A DNA stretch of 64,000 nt from an uncultured Chloroflexia bacterium (GTDB lineage: Bacteria > Chloroflexota > Anaerolineae > CG2-30-64-16): the NCBI GenBank assembly GCA_963810095.1, contig CAWEMM010000009.1:640001-704000 (forward strand). The letters run 5' to 3'. Under the pieces are notes generated by a model that was not told where the DNA came from, searched no databases, and saw only the letters and a program-made list of their open reading frames with translations. Below, piece after piece: positions 20,131 through 30,760 of the stretch. The position numbers and the translations under genes are program-made. Numbering within the stretch: the first letter of the stretch is position 1; each line of letters starts with the position of its first letter.

Positions 20131-21226
20131 ATGAAGAAACGCCGTCATCGTCTTCATCGTCGTGCTGCTCCTCGCGGGGTGCAGCGGCTCAGGCGCCCCC
20201 GTGCCGTCCACCCGGGCCGGCGAAACCGCCGGCGCGGGCGCCGTAACAGGCGAGAGCCCGCTCGCAACCCCCGCCCTCGCCGGCGCTGCCGCTGAGAGCC
20301 CGCTGGCCGCCCCCGTCAAATCGCCGGCGAAAGTCACGCTGGCCATGGGCTACATTCCCAGCGTGCAGTTTGCGCCGTTCTACGTGGCGCAGGAGAAGGG
20401 GTACTTCAAGGACGTGGGGCTCGAAGTCGAGCCGCGCTACGGCATGGAGAAGCGACCTCCTGAAGCTCGTCGGCACGAACGAACTCCAGTACATGATCGG
20501 CAGCGGCGAGGAGGTCATCCTCGGGCGCAGCCAGGGGCTGCCGGTGCGTTACGTCTTTCGCTGGTATCGCAAGTTCCCTGCCGTCCTCTTCGCCAAGGCC
20601 GGCAGCGGCATCAAGGAGCCCAAGGACCTGGCCGGGAAGAAGGTCGGCGTGCCCGGCCTGTACGGCGCGAACTACGTCGGGTGGGAGGCGCTGGTCTACG
20701 CTGCGAAGCTGGACCCGAAGCAGGTTTCGCTGCAGAGCATCGGCTTCACGCAGGCAACCGCCGTCAGCCAGGGGCTCGTCGATGCGGCGATGGACTACGT
20801 CGTGAACGGCCCGGTCCAGCTGCGCCTGGAGGGACAGGATGTGGTCGAGATCCCGGTTTCAGATTACATCGACCTCCCGTCGAACGGGATCATCACGAAC
20901 GACCAGACGATCAAGGACAACCCGGAGCAGGTGCAGGCCCTGGTTCTCGCACTGATGCGTGGTTTGCGGGATACGCTTGCAGGACCCCGACGCGGCGTTC
21001 CAGGCCAGCCTGCGGGCCGTGCCCACGGCCGGGCGGCGACCAGGAGAAGGTGAGCCGCGCGATCTTCGACGAGTCGCTGAAGCTGTGGCAGGCACTGAAG
21101 AGCGAGCTGGGCCTCTCCGACCCGTGCGGCCTGGGCAAGGCCGCGGCCTTCATGAAGGACATGGGTCTGATCCAGACGCCGGTCGAGCCGGCGGATCTGT
21201 ACACGAACGACTTCGTGGCGCGCTGA
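20131..21226 (+). CDS. ribY: ABC substrate-binding lipoprotein (NMT1/THI5-like), probable RibY; several frameshifts
   Basis: Lipobox LAGC; [15 protein letters not shown]; [17 protein letters not shown]; ends DLYTNDFV; pieces in ORFs 20162-21226 and 20370-21053. Confidence 0.75.
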
Positions 21227-21231
21227 TCCGA

Positions 21232-21990
21232 ATGCCTCCCATTCTGCAGGCGCTTAACCTGCGCATGACCTTCTACGACGCCAACCGGGCCGACATGCTG
21301 GCGCTGGACGACCTGTCGCTGGCGGTGGAGGAGGGCGAATTCCTCGCCATCGTCGGACCGTCGGGCTGCGGCAAGAGCACGCTGCTGCGCCTGCTGGCCG
21401 GGCTGCTGCGGCCTATCTCAGGCCAAGTGCGGTTCCGCGGCGCCCGATGACCGAGCCGAGCCGCGACATCGGCTACGTGTTTCAGCGCGCCAACCTGATG
21501 CCCTGGCGAACCGTGGCAGCCAATATCGCGCTCCCTCTCGAAGTCGCGCGACACCCCGCAGGTGCAGGCAGCCCAGCAGACCGAGGAGCTGATCGCGCTG
21601 GTTGGCCTGGACGGCTTTGCCAACGCCTATCCAGCGCAGCTTTCCGGGGGCATGCAGCAGCGGGTCGCGCTGGCCCGCGCGCTGATCCACGAGCCGACGG
21701 TCCTGCTGCTCGACGAGCCGTTTGGCTCGCTCGACGCGCTGACGCGCGACCGGATGAACGCCGAACTGCTGCGCCTCTGGAACCTGCACCGGCGGACCGT
21801 GGTCATGGTCACCCACAGCATCAGCGAGGCCGTCCTCCTGTCGGACCGCATCCTCGTGCTGACGCCCCGGCCGGGCCGGCTGCGCGCCGAGTTCGGCGTG
21901 CCGCTGCCGCGCCCGCGCAGTTCCGTGCTCACGGGCGATCCGGCCTTTGTCGAGCTGACGCGGGCCGTCCGGGCAGAAATCGTCGACTGA
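21232..21990 (+). CDS. ABC transporter ATP-binding protein (TauB/SsuB-like); two frameshifts
   Basis: Walker [29 protein letters not shown] spread across three frames. Confidence 0.85.
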
Positions 21991-22128
21991 AGGCGGCCGG
22001 GCACCCGGCACGCCGGGCTCCCTCTGCCGCCAGGGCGTTCCGCAAAAGCCTGTTGCAAATCTCCCTTGCCCGTGCTAACATGGCCGCGGCTGAAGGCCAC
22101 ATCTCCCTGCAAGGCGGCGCCAATCGTC

Positions 22129-23628
22129 ATGGATGATCCCCGTTCCCTGAAGGTCCTCTACCTGGCTGCCGAGTGCGTGCCGTTTGCCAAAACCGGCGGC
22201 CTGGCCGATGTGGCCGGAGCGCTGCCAAAGGCGGTGCGCGGGCTGGGGCACGACATCCGCATCATGATGCCGCGCTATGGCCGGGTGGAGGTCGACAAAT
22301 TCGGGCTCAAGCCGCGCCTCGACCGCGTCAGCGTGCCGATGGACGAGCGCACGGAGCCGGCCAAGGTGTACGAGGCTTCGATCGGGACGGGGCCGGGTGA
22401 GACGCCCGTGCTGTTCGTCGACAGTGAGCGCTACTTTGACCGCCAGGGCATTTACATGTACCCCGACGACGCCGAGCGCTTTATCTTCTTCTCCCGGGCC
22501 GCGCTGGAAACCTGCCGGGCGCTGGATTGGCAGCCCGACGTCATTCATTGTAACGAGTGGCACACCGCGCTCATTCCGAACTGGCTCAAGACCGTCTACC
22601 AGGCCGACCCGTTCTACCGGGACATCGCCACGCTCTACACGGCGCACAACCTGGAGTATCAAGGCATCTTCGGCTATCGCATCCTCGAGATTGCGGGCCT
22701 TGCCGAGACGGGCTTCATCGCCCATCCCGACGTCGCCCCGGATCTCAACTACGTGGTCGACCTGATGGCGCGAGGGATCCTCTTCGCCGACATTATAAAC
22801 ACGGTCAGCGAGACGTACGCGCACGAAATCCTGACGCCCGAGTACGGCCACCGGCTCGATCCGGTGCTGCGCGACCGCCGGGACCGGCTTTACGGCATCC
22901 TCAACGGGATCGACACGGAGTTGTATGATCCTGCGACAGACGCGAACATCGCGGCGCGCTTCGACGCGGGCAACCTGGAGCCGCGGGCGCAGAACAAGGC
23001 GGCGCTCCAGGCGGAGCTGAAACTGCCCGTACGGCCCGACATTCCGCTCATCGGCATCGTCTCGCGGCTCATCGACCAGAAGGGCTTCGACCTCATCGCG
23101 GCCGTCGCCGACCCGCTGTTGCAGAACGTGCCCTGTCAGCTCGTCGTCATGGGCACCGGCGAGATGCGCCACCACGACATGCTCAACGCCCTCGCGGCCC
23201 GCTACCCGAGCCAGGTCGCCGTCCAACTGACGTTCAACCGTCCGCTCGAGCAGCGCATCTACGCGGGCAGCGACATCTTCCTGATGCCCTCCCGCTTCGA
23301 GCCGTGCGGGCTCAATCAGATGGTGGCGATGCGGTACGGCGCGGTGCCGGTCGTCCATGCGACGGGCGGGCTGGCAGACACGGTGCACGATTTCGACGCC
23401 CTTACGGAAGATGGCAACGGGTTCAGCTTCGAGCGCTACGACGCGATGGCCCTTTTCGCGGCCCTGGTGCGGGCGACCGAGACGTTCCGGCATGACGACG
23501 TCTGGCGGCAGCTCATGCGCCGCTGCATGGCCGCCGATTTCTCGTGGCGTCGCTCGGCGCAGAAGTATGTGGACCTGTATTATCGCGGCCTGGCAACCCG
23601 CCGCCGCGCCAACCAGTCGCTCGTCTAG
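22129..23628 (+). CDS. glgA: Glycogen synthase
   Basis: KTGGLADV, HCNEWHT, GILNGID, SRLIDQKG, PSRFEPCGLNQ, TGGLADTV. Confidence 0.95.
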   Translation: MDDPRSLKVLYLAAECVPFAKTGGLADVAGALPKAVRGLGHDIRIMMPRYGRVEVDKFGLKPRLDRVSVPMDERTEPAKVYEASIGTGPGETPVLFVDSERYFDRQGIYMYPDDAERFIFFSRAALETCRALDWQPDVIHCNEWHTALIPNWLKTVYQADPFYRDIATLYTAHNLEYQGIFGYRILEIAGLAETGFIAHPDVAPDLNYVVDLMARGILFADIINTVSETYAHEILTPEYGHRLDPVLRDRRDRLYGILNGIDTELYDPATDANIAARFDAGNLEPRAQNKAALQAELKLPVRPDIPLIGIVSRLIDQKGFDLIAAVADPLLQNVPCQLVVMGTGEMRHHDMLNALAARYPSQVAVQLTFNRPLEQRIYAGSDIFLMPSRFEPCGLNQMVAMRYGAVPVVHATGGLADTVHDFDALTEDGNGFSFERYDAMALFAALVRATETFRHDDVWRQLMRRCMAADFSWRRSAQKYVDLYYRGLATRRRANQSLV

Positions 23629-23687
23629 CGGCTGCGAGCCCTGCCAGGCTCCTACAACCTGCCAGGGGCGATTTGAACAGAGGCGCT

Positions 23688-24961
23688 TTGCGTACAGAAC
23701 TGCTCTATTACCGCGATGCATACCGCCGCACGTTCGACGCGGCCGTCACAGCTCGTCAAATCATCGCTGGCAAGCCCGCGGTGGCGCTCGACCGCACCGC
23801 GTTCTACCCCACGGGCGGCGGGCAGCCGAACGACCTGGGCGTGCTCCGGCTTGCCCGGCGGCGAGGCAATCAAGGTGCTTGATGTGCTGGCGGACGGCGA
23901 CCAGGTGTGGCACTGCCTGGCCGCCGACCTCGCGGGCGACCTGGTTCATGGCGAAATCGACTGGGACCGGCGCTTCGACCACATGCAGCAGCACACCGGG
24001 CAGCATGTGCTTTCGCAGGCATTCGTCCAGGAGTGTGACGCGGAGACCGTTGCCTTTCACCTCGGCGAGAAGGCCAGCACGATCGACCTCAACCGGGCAG
24101 ATCTGGATGCGCCGGGAAGCGGGGGTGCGCTGGCGCGGGCCGAAGCGGCTGCCAACGCGGTTGTCGACGCCGCGCTGCCGGTGACTGCCTCGTTCGTCTC
24201 GCCCGGCGAGCTGGCCGCGCTGCCGCTTCGCAAGCCGCCGAAAGTGACCGAGAACATCCGCATTGTCCAGGTCGCCGGCTTTGACTGGTCTGCCTGCGGC
24301 GGCACCCATGTGGCTTACACCAGCCACATCCAGACGATCAAGATCGTCGGGACGGAGCGGCGGGGATCTGAGCTGCGGGTCTCGTTCCTCTGCGGCCGGC
24401 GGGCCCGGGCAGACTATGCCCGGCTCAAAGCGCTGGCGCAGGGACTCGTCGCCCGCTACACCGCCGCCGAAGACGATATGCTGGACCTGCTCGACCGGCG
24501 GGCGGCCGAGGCCGACGCGCTTCGCAAGGACCTGGCCGATCTCGAGAAGCAGTGGTCCGAGTCGACCGCCGCCGCGCTCTACGGCGAAGCGGAACTCATG
24601 CGCCTCGAGCCGCGCCCGGCCTTGGGCGATGTGGCCAGGCCACCGGACCTGCATTTCGTTGGCGCGGTCCTCGACGTGCACCGTGGAGCGCGCCAAGAAG
24701 GTGGCGCAGGCGTTGCGCGCACGTCCGCACGTCGTGGCCTGCATCGCCGTGCGGGGCGAGCGTCCGCAGATCCTGGCCACACGTTCCGACGACGTCTCCG
24801 TCGACGCAGGCGCTCTGCTGCGGGCCGCGGTGGCGGCCGGCGGCGGACGGGGCGGCGGCCGCCCCGACTGGGCGCAAGGGGGCGTGCCGTCAGAAGAAGC
24901 ACTGAACGCGGCGCTCGAGGCCGCACGGGCGGCGCTTGTCGCCGCAATTGAGGGGGGCTGA
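23688..24961 (+). CDS. AlaX-like alanyl-tRNA editing protein with DHHA1 domain; two frameshifts
   Basis: LYYRDAY...TAFYPTGGGQPND, HMQQHTGQH, CGGTH, C-terminal GGRGGGRPDWAQGG. Confidence 0.85.
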
Positions 24962-24984
24962 GGTTCAGCCCAGAGGTTCACCTT

Positions 24985-25893
24985 ATGCGAGAGATCTCTC
25001 CCGGCATCTTCGTCGAGACCGACCAGCGCGGAGCGAACTACAGCGCCATCCTTACGGACGATGGGTTTATCGTGATTGACACCCCGATCGTGCCCAAGCA
25101 AGCCGTCGCGTTCCACGACGAGCTTAAGCGCATTGCGGGGGGCAAGCCCTTCCTGTATATCATCAACACCGATCACCATCGCGGGCACATTGTCGGGAAT
25201 CAGTACTTCGCACCCACGCCCGTAGTCAGCCACGATATTGCGTGGAAGCACATGAAGGGCTACGGCGAAAACTTCAAGCAGCGGGTTATTGACTCGTTCA
25301 AGAAGGAGCCCGAGATCCAAGCCCAGTTTGGCGGGTTGAACGATATTCACATCGTCGTCCCAAAGATCACTTTCTCGCACCGGCTCGACATCGTGAGGGG
25401 CGGCCGAGACCTGCGCGTGATCCGCATCGGCGGGCACACGGCTGCCACGTCTGCCATCTGGATGCCTAACGAGAAGATTCTCTTCGTGGGCGACGCCGTA
25501 TGGGTGGGGCAGCACCCGTATATGGCGCAGGGCAACTCAAAGGAGTGGCTCGACGGTCTGACCTATATCCGCAAGCTCAGGTCAGATCAGATCGTACCCG
25601 GCCGCGGTCCCGTCACGGGGCGCGAGGGCACCGAGCGCATGTCAGAGTACATCCGTTACATGCGCGCTCGCATCCGGACGTTTCACCGGCAGGGCCGGAC
25701 GAAGCAAGAGACGGTGCAGACGGTGCTGCGCGAGGTGGTGGGGTGGTTCCCGATCGCACCCGCGCTGAAGTCGAAGACGGAATCGCAGATCAAGCAAGGC
25801 ATTGGCCGGATCTGGAACGAGATGGAGAAGGCCGCCAAGGCGAAGGACAAGCCCGAGCCCGAGCCGGAGCCGGAAGAAATCGGAGACGAGTAA
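24985..25893 (+). CDS. MBL-fold metallo-hydrolase (cyclase-like)
   Basis: VIDT, INTDHHRGH (degenerate HxHxDH), GGHT, LFVGD, IVPG. Confidence 0.8.
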   Translation: MREISPGIFVETDQRGANYSAILTDDGFIVIDTPIVPKQAVAFHDELKRIAGGKPFLYIINTDHHRGHIVGNQYFAPTPVVSHDIAWKHMKGYGENFKQRVIDSFKKEPEIQAQFGGLNDIHIVVPKITFSHRLDIVRGGRDLRVIRIGGHTAATSAIWMPNEKILFVGDAVWVGQHPYMAQGNSKEWLDGLTYIRKLRSDQIVPGRGPVTGREGTERMSEYIRYMRARIRTFHRQGRTKQETVQTVLREVVGWFPIAPALKSKTESQIKQGIGRIWNEMEKAAKAKDKPEPEPEPEEIGDE

Positions 25894-25899
25894 CCTCCC

Positions 25900-26888
25900 A
25901 TGGCTCAAATGGTGCAGCGCGGCCAGGTCACCCCGGCCGACGAACTCCGCGGCCTGTTGGATTCGGCCGAGATACGCGTCGCGAACGTGCGGTGGAGCGG
26001 CGAGGGCGCCCTGGCTCTGCTAGGCGAACTGGACCGCATCGCCGAACTGTGGCCGGACGCTTGAGGAGCAGGGCATGGACCTGCGGCCCGAGGCGGGCCG
26101 GTGGAACACGCTCCAGGCCTCAGTCTTGCAAAAAGCAAGCGGCCTCCTCGGCGAGTTGCAGAAGTGCGGCGGCATCGAGCGCGCTGCGCCGGCGGGAGCA
26201 CCCCGAAGGCACGGACGCGCCGTGGTGGCATCTGGACCGGTACGTGGCAGAGGCGCGCAAAAGGCAGCTCAGGCGAACCCTCACCATTGCGGGCGGGGTG
26301 ATCGCCGTAGGCCTGGTGGTATGGTTTCTGTACCTGAAACTCTTCCCGGTCGATCCGAAGGTGGCGGAATCGTACCGCCGGATCAACAAGGGCGAGCAGC
26401 TCGTCCAGCAGAGCAGCGACTGGGGTGGGGCCCTTGCCGAGTTCCGGGCTGCCAGCGCTCTGACACCGGAGGACTACGACGTGTGGCTCCGGGTGGGCGT
26501 GGCAGAGGAGCAGGTTGGCAACGCCGAGGCCGCGCAGGACGCGTGGCAGCGAGCGCGCGGCCTGCTGCCCTCCGAGCTCGAGTTCCTTAAGGGCCGCGCG
26601 GCTGCCTACCTTCTCTTCAGCCTGGTCGACGCGGCGGACCGCGACGTTCAAGCCGCGTTGAAGATCAAGAACGACGACGCGCAGACGTGGTACCAGGCCG
26701 CATCCGTGTTCGAGGCAAGAAACCAGGTGAACGAAGCCGTCGACGCGCTGGACAAGGCCAGCACCTACGCCCAGGAGACCCATCAGGACGAACTGACGGC
26801 CCTGGCCCGCTACCGCATGGGCATGCTGATGCAGCGGGCCGCAATTCCGCAGATGACCGCGACCCCCGGGGCGACTCCCACCCCATAA
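25900..26888 (+). CDS. Membrane-anchored tetratricopeptide-repeat protein; frameshifts near 26060 and 26185
   Basis: Segments join across frames into a helical N-terminal domain, a PWWHLD motif, one TM helix and TPR-like repeats. Confidence 0.65.
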
Positions 26889-26974
26889 TAGCCACACCGG
26901 TTCGCACCGCCGGTCCGCGTCGCGCTCATGGCGCGGGCTGCGCCGCGTCAGGCGCGCACCTTTGGCAGGGCCGG

Positions 26975-27904
26975 TCAGGCGGCCGAGGACGGAGCGAGTG
27001 CCCGCATGAGTGCGGGCGCGACGTCGGCCAGGGTGCGGAGCGATTCGGCGACGCGCTGCCGGGCGGCCGGTTCGCCCACGATCAGCGCCGGCACCGGGTT
27101 CATGGTGTGCCCGCGGGTGCTCAGGTCCTCCATGTTGCCGTGATCTGACGTCAGCAGGATGAGCCCCTCCTTGTCGTCCCACTCGGCCAGCAAGCCCCCC
27201 AGCATCTCGTCGACGCTCTTCAGCAGCCCGACCGCGGCCTCCATGTCCTGCCCGTGCCCCGCGTAGTCGCTCAGCCAGTATTCGAAGAACGAGAAGTCGT
27301 ACTGGAATGCGAGCTGCGCCATCCGCTGGCCCGCCTGCCGCTCCGTCAGAAGCGGCGTGTCGGTGAGTCCAAGCCGCTCGTGCCAGCCCTGTCCGGTGAA
27401 GTCGGCGGCCAGCGCCTGGCCGGCCACCAGGTCGTCAACCGTTGGCAGCGCAAGTCCCGCGCTCACAACCCCCTGCGGAATTGACGAATAGACGCGCCGC
27501 CGTGACGCGATGGCCGCGAAGTAGGACGGCGGGTACGCGTTGAGAAACGCCGCCGTCTTCCCCTGCCGTCGCACGGCGCGAAAGATGTTGCCGTTGTTGA
27601 GAAAGTTGACGATCGGCTGGCTGGGCCAGGGGCCGTAGTGGCCGCCGATCAACGCGGGCACATTCAGCCCCGTCAGCAGCGCGGCCTGCCCGCTGCCCGA
27701 CTGAGGCATGCCGGGGACGCCCATGCAGGCATCCAGGCCAACCACCGTCGCCCGTTGCGTGACGAGCGGGGTCACCCCGGCCAGTAGCCGGTGGCCTTCG
27801 AGCAGCCGTGCCAGGTTGGGCAGGGTGGCTCGTGCAAACGGGTTGGTGGCAGGATCGTCCGGACCGAGGCCGACGCCGTCGAGAAACAAGAAGAGGATGT
27901 GCAT
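26975..27904 (-). CDS. Alkaline phosphatase-superfamily metalloenzyme (iPGM/phosphopentomutase-like)
   Basis: FLDGVGLG, PQSGSGQ, DYAGH, TSDHGN, HT.NPVP. Confidence 0.85.
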   Translation of the reverse strand: MHILFLFLDGVGLGPDDPATNPFARATLPNLARLLEGHRLLAGVTPLVTQRATVVGLDACMGVPGMPQSGSGQAALLTGLNVPALIGGHYGPWPSQPIVNFLNNGNIFRAVRRQGKTAAFLNAYPPSYFAAIASRRRVYSSIPQGVVSAGLALPTVDDLVAGQALAADFTGQGWHERLGLTDTPLLTERQAGQRMAQLAFQYDFSFFEYWLSDYAGHGQDMEAAVGLLKSVDEMLGGLLAEWDDKEGLILLTSDHGNMEDLSTRGHTMNPVPALIVGEPAARQRVAESLRTLADVAPALMRALAPSSAA

Positions 27905-28048
27905 CAAAACACTCTGGTGTGAAGGGTCCGCGGCTGGCGCGACCGCCGCAGTCTACTCCTCGAACGCCCGGCGCACAAGAAGAGGGGTTACTTTTGCCGC
28001 GGGCGTGCGGGGGTAACATGGGGTGAGATGTGGACGGGAGACGGTGAT

Positions 28049-28132
28049 TCACCACAAAGACACCAAGGCACAAAGACGCACGAACGATTCTGAAGTTGAG
28101 TGAAGCTGCGTGTCTTCGTGTCTTTGTGGTGA
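28049..28132. repeat. Family A palindromic intergenic repeat, copy 1
   Basis: 15-bp terminal inverted repeat TCACCACAAAGACAC / GTGTCTTTGTGGTGA with internal 8-bp CACNAAGR units. Confidence 0.8.
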
Positions 28133-28168
28133 GTGCCTGGGTCTGCGGTCAATGTACCGGGGGGAGAG

Positions 28169-29584
28169 ATGACGGAAGCGTATCGTATTGAGAAGGACTC
28201 GATGGGGGAGATCAAAGTCCCCGCGAATGCGCTGTGGGGCGCACAGACGCAGCGGGCGGTCGACAATTTCAAGATCAGCGGGCGGCCGCCCTATCCCGCC
28301 TTCGTGTGGGCCTTCGCGCTCGTCAAGCGCGCGGCTGCCGAAGTGAACCGGGACCTGGGCTTGCTGGACGCGAGGGTGGCGGGCGCCATCGTGCAGGCGG
28401 CGCAGGAGGTGCTCGACGGGCAGCACGCGGACCAGTTCGTGGTCGACCCGTTCCAAGCCGGCGCGGGCACCAGCCACCACATGAACGTCAACGAGGTCCT
28501 CGCGAACCGGGCGAGCCAGATCCTCGGCTTTGCCCTGGACGACCCGAACAAGCCGGTAAAGGCGAACGATCACGTCAACATGGCGCAAAGCACCAACGAC
28601 ACCGTCCCGGCGGTCATTCGCCTCGGCGCGCTGTGGCGGCTCGACGAACTACTCGCGGCGGTCGACAACCTGGCGGACGCGCTTTCGGAAAAGGGGCACG
28701 CATTCGACGACGTGGTCAAGTCGGGCCGCACGCACCTCCAGGATGCCGTGCCCGTGCGGCTGGGGCAGGAGTTTGGGGCATACGCCCAGGCCGTGCGCTA
28801 CGACCGCGAGCGCATCGCAGCCGCGGGCGACCGCCTGCGCCGGGTCGGCATCGGCGGCACTGCCGCCGGCACGGGGCTCAACGCGCACCCCGAGTACCAC
28901 GCCCGGATGGTGAAGCGGCTGAGCGAGCTGACCGGCTGGCCGCTGAGGTCAAGCGGCAATCTCTTCGAGCCCGTTCAGAACATGGCCGATGCGGCCGACT
29001 TCTCCGGCACGCTGCGGACGCTGGCAATCACGCTGACGCGCGTCGCGAACGACTTGCGCCTGTTGGCATCTGGCCCAAGCTCGGGCTTTGACGAAATCCG
29101 CTTCGCGCCCGCACAGCCCGGCAGCAGCATCATGCCGGGGAAAGTCAACCCGGTGTTCGCCGAGATGCTCAACATGACCTGCTTCCACGTCATGGGCTGC
29201 GACCTGACCGTGATGCTGGCCGCCCAGGCCGGGCAGCTCGAGGTGAACGTGATGATGCCCATCCTGGCCCACAACCTGTTCGAGGCGATGCACGTGTTCA
29301 TTCCGGCCATCCGTCTTTTCACGGATCAGGGGGTGAAGCGGATCGAGGCGAACCGGCAGAAGGCGGCAGGTACGGTAGCGAGGAATGCCATCCTGGCGAC
29401 CGCACTCAACCCGGTGATCGGCTACATGAAGGCGGCAGAGATTGCCAAGAAGGCCGCCGAGAGCGACCGCTCCATTCGCGACGTGGTGGTTGAGGAGGGT
29501 ATACTGACACCGGAAAAGGCCGACGCACTGCTGGACGCTCGGGCGATGACCGAGGGCGGCATTATGGCGCAAAGCGAAGGGTGA
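28169..29584 (+). CDS. Class II fumarase / aspartate ammonia-lyase family protein
   Basis: RIEKDSMG, WGAQTQRA, QSTND, KSGRTHLQDAVP, signature GSSIMPGKVNP. Confidence 0.9.
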   Translation: MTEAYRIEKDSMGEIKVPANALWGAQTQRAVDNFKISGRPPYPAFVWAFALVKRAAAEVNRDLGLLDARVAGAIVQAAQEVLDGQHADQFVVDPFQAGAGTSHHMNVNEVLANRASQILGFALDDPNKPVKANDHVNMAQSTNDTVPAVIRLGALWRLDELLAAVDNLADALSEKGHAFDDVVKSGRTHLQDAVPVRLGQEFGAYAQAVRYDRERIAAAGDRLRRVGIGGTAAGTGLNAHPEYHARMVKRLSELTGWPLRSSGNLFEPVQNMADAADFSGTLRTLAITLTRVANDLRLLASGPSSGFDEIRFAPAQPGSSIMPGKVNPVFAEMLNMTCFHVMGCDLTVMLAAQAGQLEVNVMMPILAHNLFEAMHVFIPAIRLFTDQGVKRIEANRQKAAGTVARNAILATALNPVIGYMKAAEIAKKAAESDRSIRDVVVEEGILTPEKADALLDARAMTEGGIMAQSEG

Positions 29585-29585
29585 T

Positions 29586-30092
29586 ATGGATTCGCAGCTC
29601 CTGTTTCTGTTGGCGCTGATCGCCATGCTCGTGGGGCTCGCCGGCACCGTGCTGCCTGCGCTCCCCGGCATCGCGCTCGTCTGGATCGCGGCCTTGGTGT
29701 ACGGCCTCCTGGACCGGTTCACCACCCTGCCGGTGGCCGCGTTTGTCGTGATCACGGTCCTGGCTGCCATCGGGCTGGCCGCCGACTTCTTCCTCACGCA
29801 GGCCGCGACGAAGGTCACCGGCGCCTCGTGGCAGGCGACCGCGGCCGGCGTGGTCGGTGGGATTGTCGGCATGATCGTCGGCTTCTTCGCCGGCGGCATT
29901 GGGATCGGTCCGGGCGGCATCATCGGCGCGCTGATCGGCGTGGTCGGCGTGGAATACCTGCATCGCAAAGACCTGCGCGCGGCGATGAAGGCGGGCGGTG
30001 GCTGGCTGGCCGGCTGCCTGGCCTCACGCGCCATGCAGTTCATCATTGCCCTGCTCATGGTGGTCATCTTCGTCTGGCAAACCAGCACGTAA
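29586..30092 (+). CDS. DUF456 (YqgC-like) membrane protein
   Basis: GLAGTVLPALPG and Gly-rich TM segments ending in a GVVGVE-type motif. Confidence 0.8.
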   Translation: MDSQLLFLLALIAMLVGLAGTVLPALPGIALVWIAALVYGLLDRFTTLPVAAFVVITVLAAIGLAADFFLTQAATKVTGASWQATAAGVVGGIVGMIVGFFAGGIGIGPGGIIGALIGVVGVEYLHRKDLRAAMKAGGGWLAGCLASRAMQFIIALLMVVIFVWQTST

Positions 30093-30099
30093 GGGGCGT

Positions 30100-30173
30100 T
30101 CACCACGAAGGTGCCCAGACACAAAGCTGGGAGCAGGCTTCGCGAGCCTTGGTGTCCTCGTGTCTTTGTGGTT
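30100..30173. repeat. Family A repeat, copy 2
   Basis: CACCACGAAG...ACACAAAG / CCTTGGTGTCCTCGTGTCTTTGTGGT. Confidence 0.7.
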
Positions 30174-30199
30174 CGCGTCTTGTCTCACCTGGAGGACCG

Positions 30200-30754
30200 T
30201 TGAAGGTATTGGTGGGTTCGCGTAACCCGGTAAAAGCCGGGGCGGTGCAGGATGTGTTTGGCCAGTACTTCCCCGGCGTCGAGGTGGACGCGATGGAGGT
30301 GGCTTCGGGCGTGCCCGCCCAGCCGGTTGGCGACGACACCTTCGCCGGCGCGCAGAACCGGGCGCTCGCGCTGGTGGCGCTGAACCGGGCGCAAGGGCTG
30401 GGGGCCAGCTACTGCGCGGGGCTGGAGGGCGGCATTGCCCGCCTGGCTGGACGCTGGTACACGTTCGGCGTCGTCTGCATTGCCGACGCCGGGGGTCAGT
30501 GCGGCATGGGCGTCTCGCCCATGTTCGAGCTTGCACCGGCCCTTTACGAACCATTGCTCGCAGGCGAAGAACTCGGCCATGTGGTCGACCGCCTGAGCGG
30601 CGACCACAACTCCAAGCAGAAGGGCGGCGCCATCGCCTATCTCACCCAGGGGCGCGTTGGCCGGCGAGAACTGTACGCGCAAGGGGTCATCATGGCACTC
30701 GTGCCGTTCCTTAACCCGCCGATGTATTTCCCGGTGCCTTCGACGTCTGCGTAA
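30200..30754 (+). CDS. yjjX: Inosine/xanthosine triphosphatase
   Basis: TTG start after GGAGGA; VGSRNPVK, SGVPAQP, GAQNRA, GLEGG, KQKGGAI. Confidence 0.85.
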   Translation: MKVLVGSRNPVKAGAVQDVFGQYFPGVEVDAMEVASGVPAQPVGDDTFAGAQNRALALVALNRAQGLGASYCAGLEGGIARLAGRWYTFGVVCIADAGGQCGMGVSPMFELAPALYEPLLAGEELGHVVDRLSGDHNSKQKGGAIAYLTQGRVGRRELYAQGVIMALVPFLNPPMYFPVPSTSA

Positions 30755-30760
30755 TCCAGG

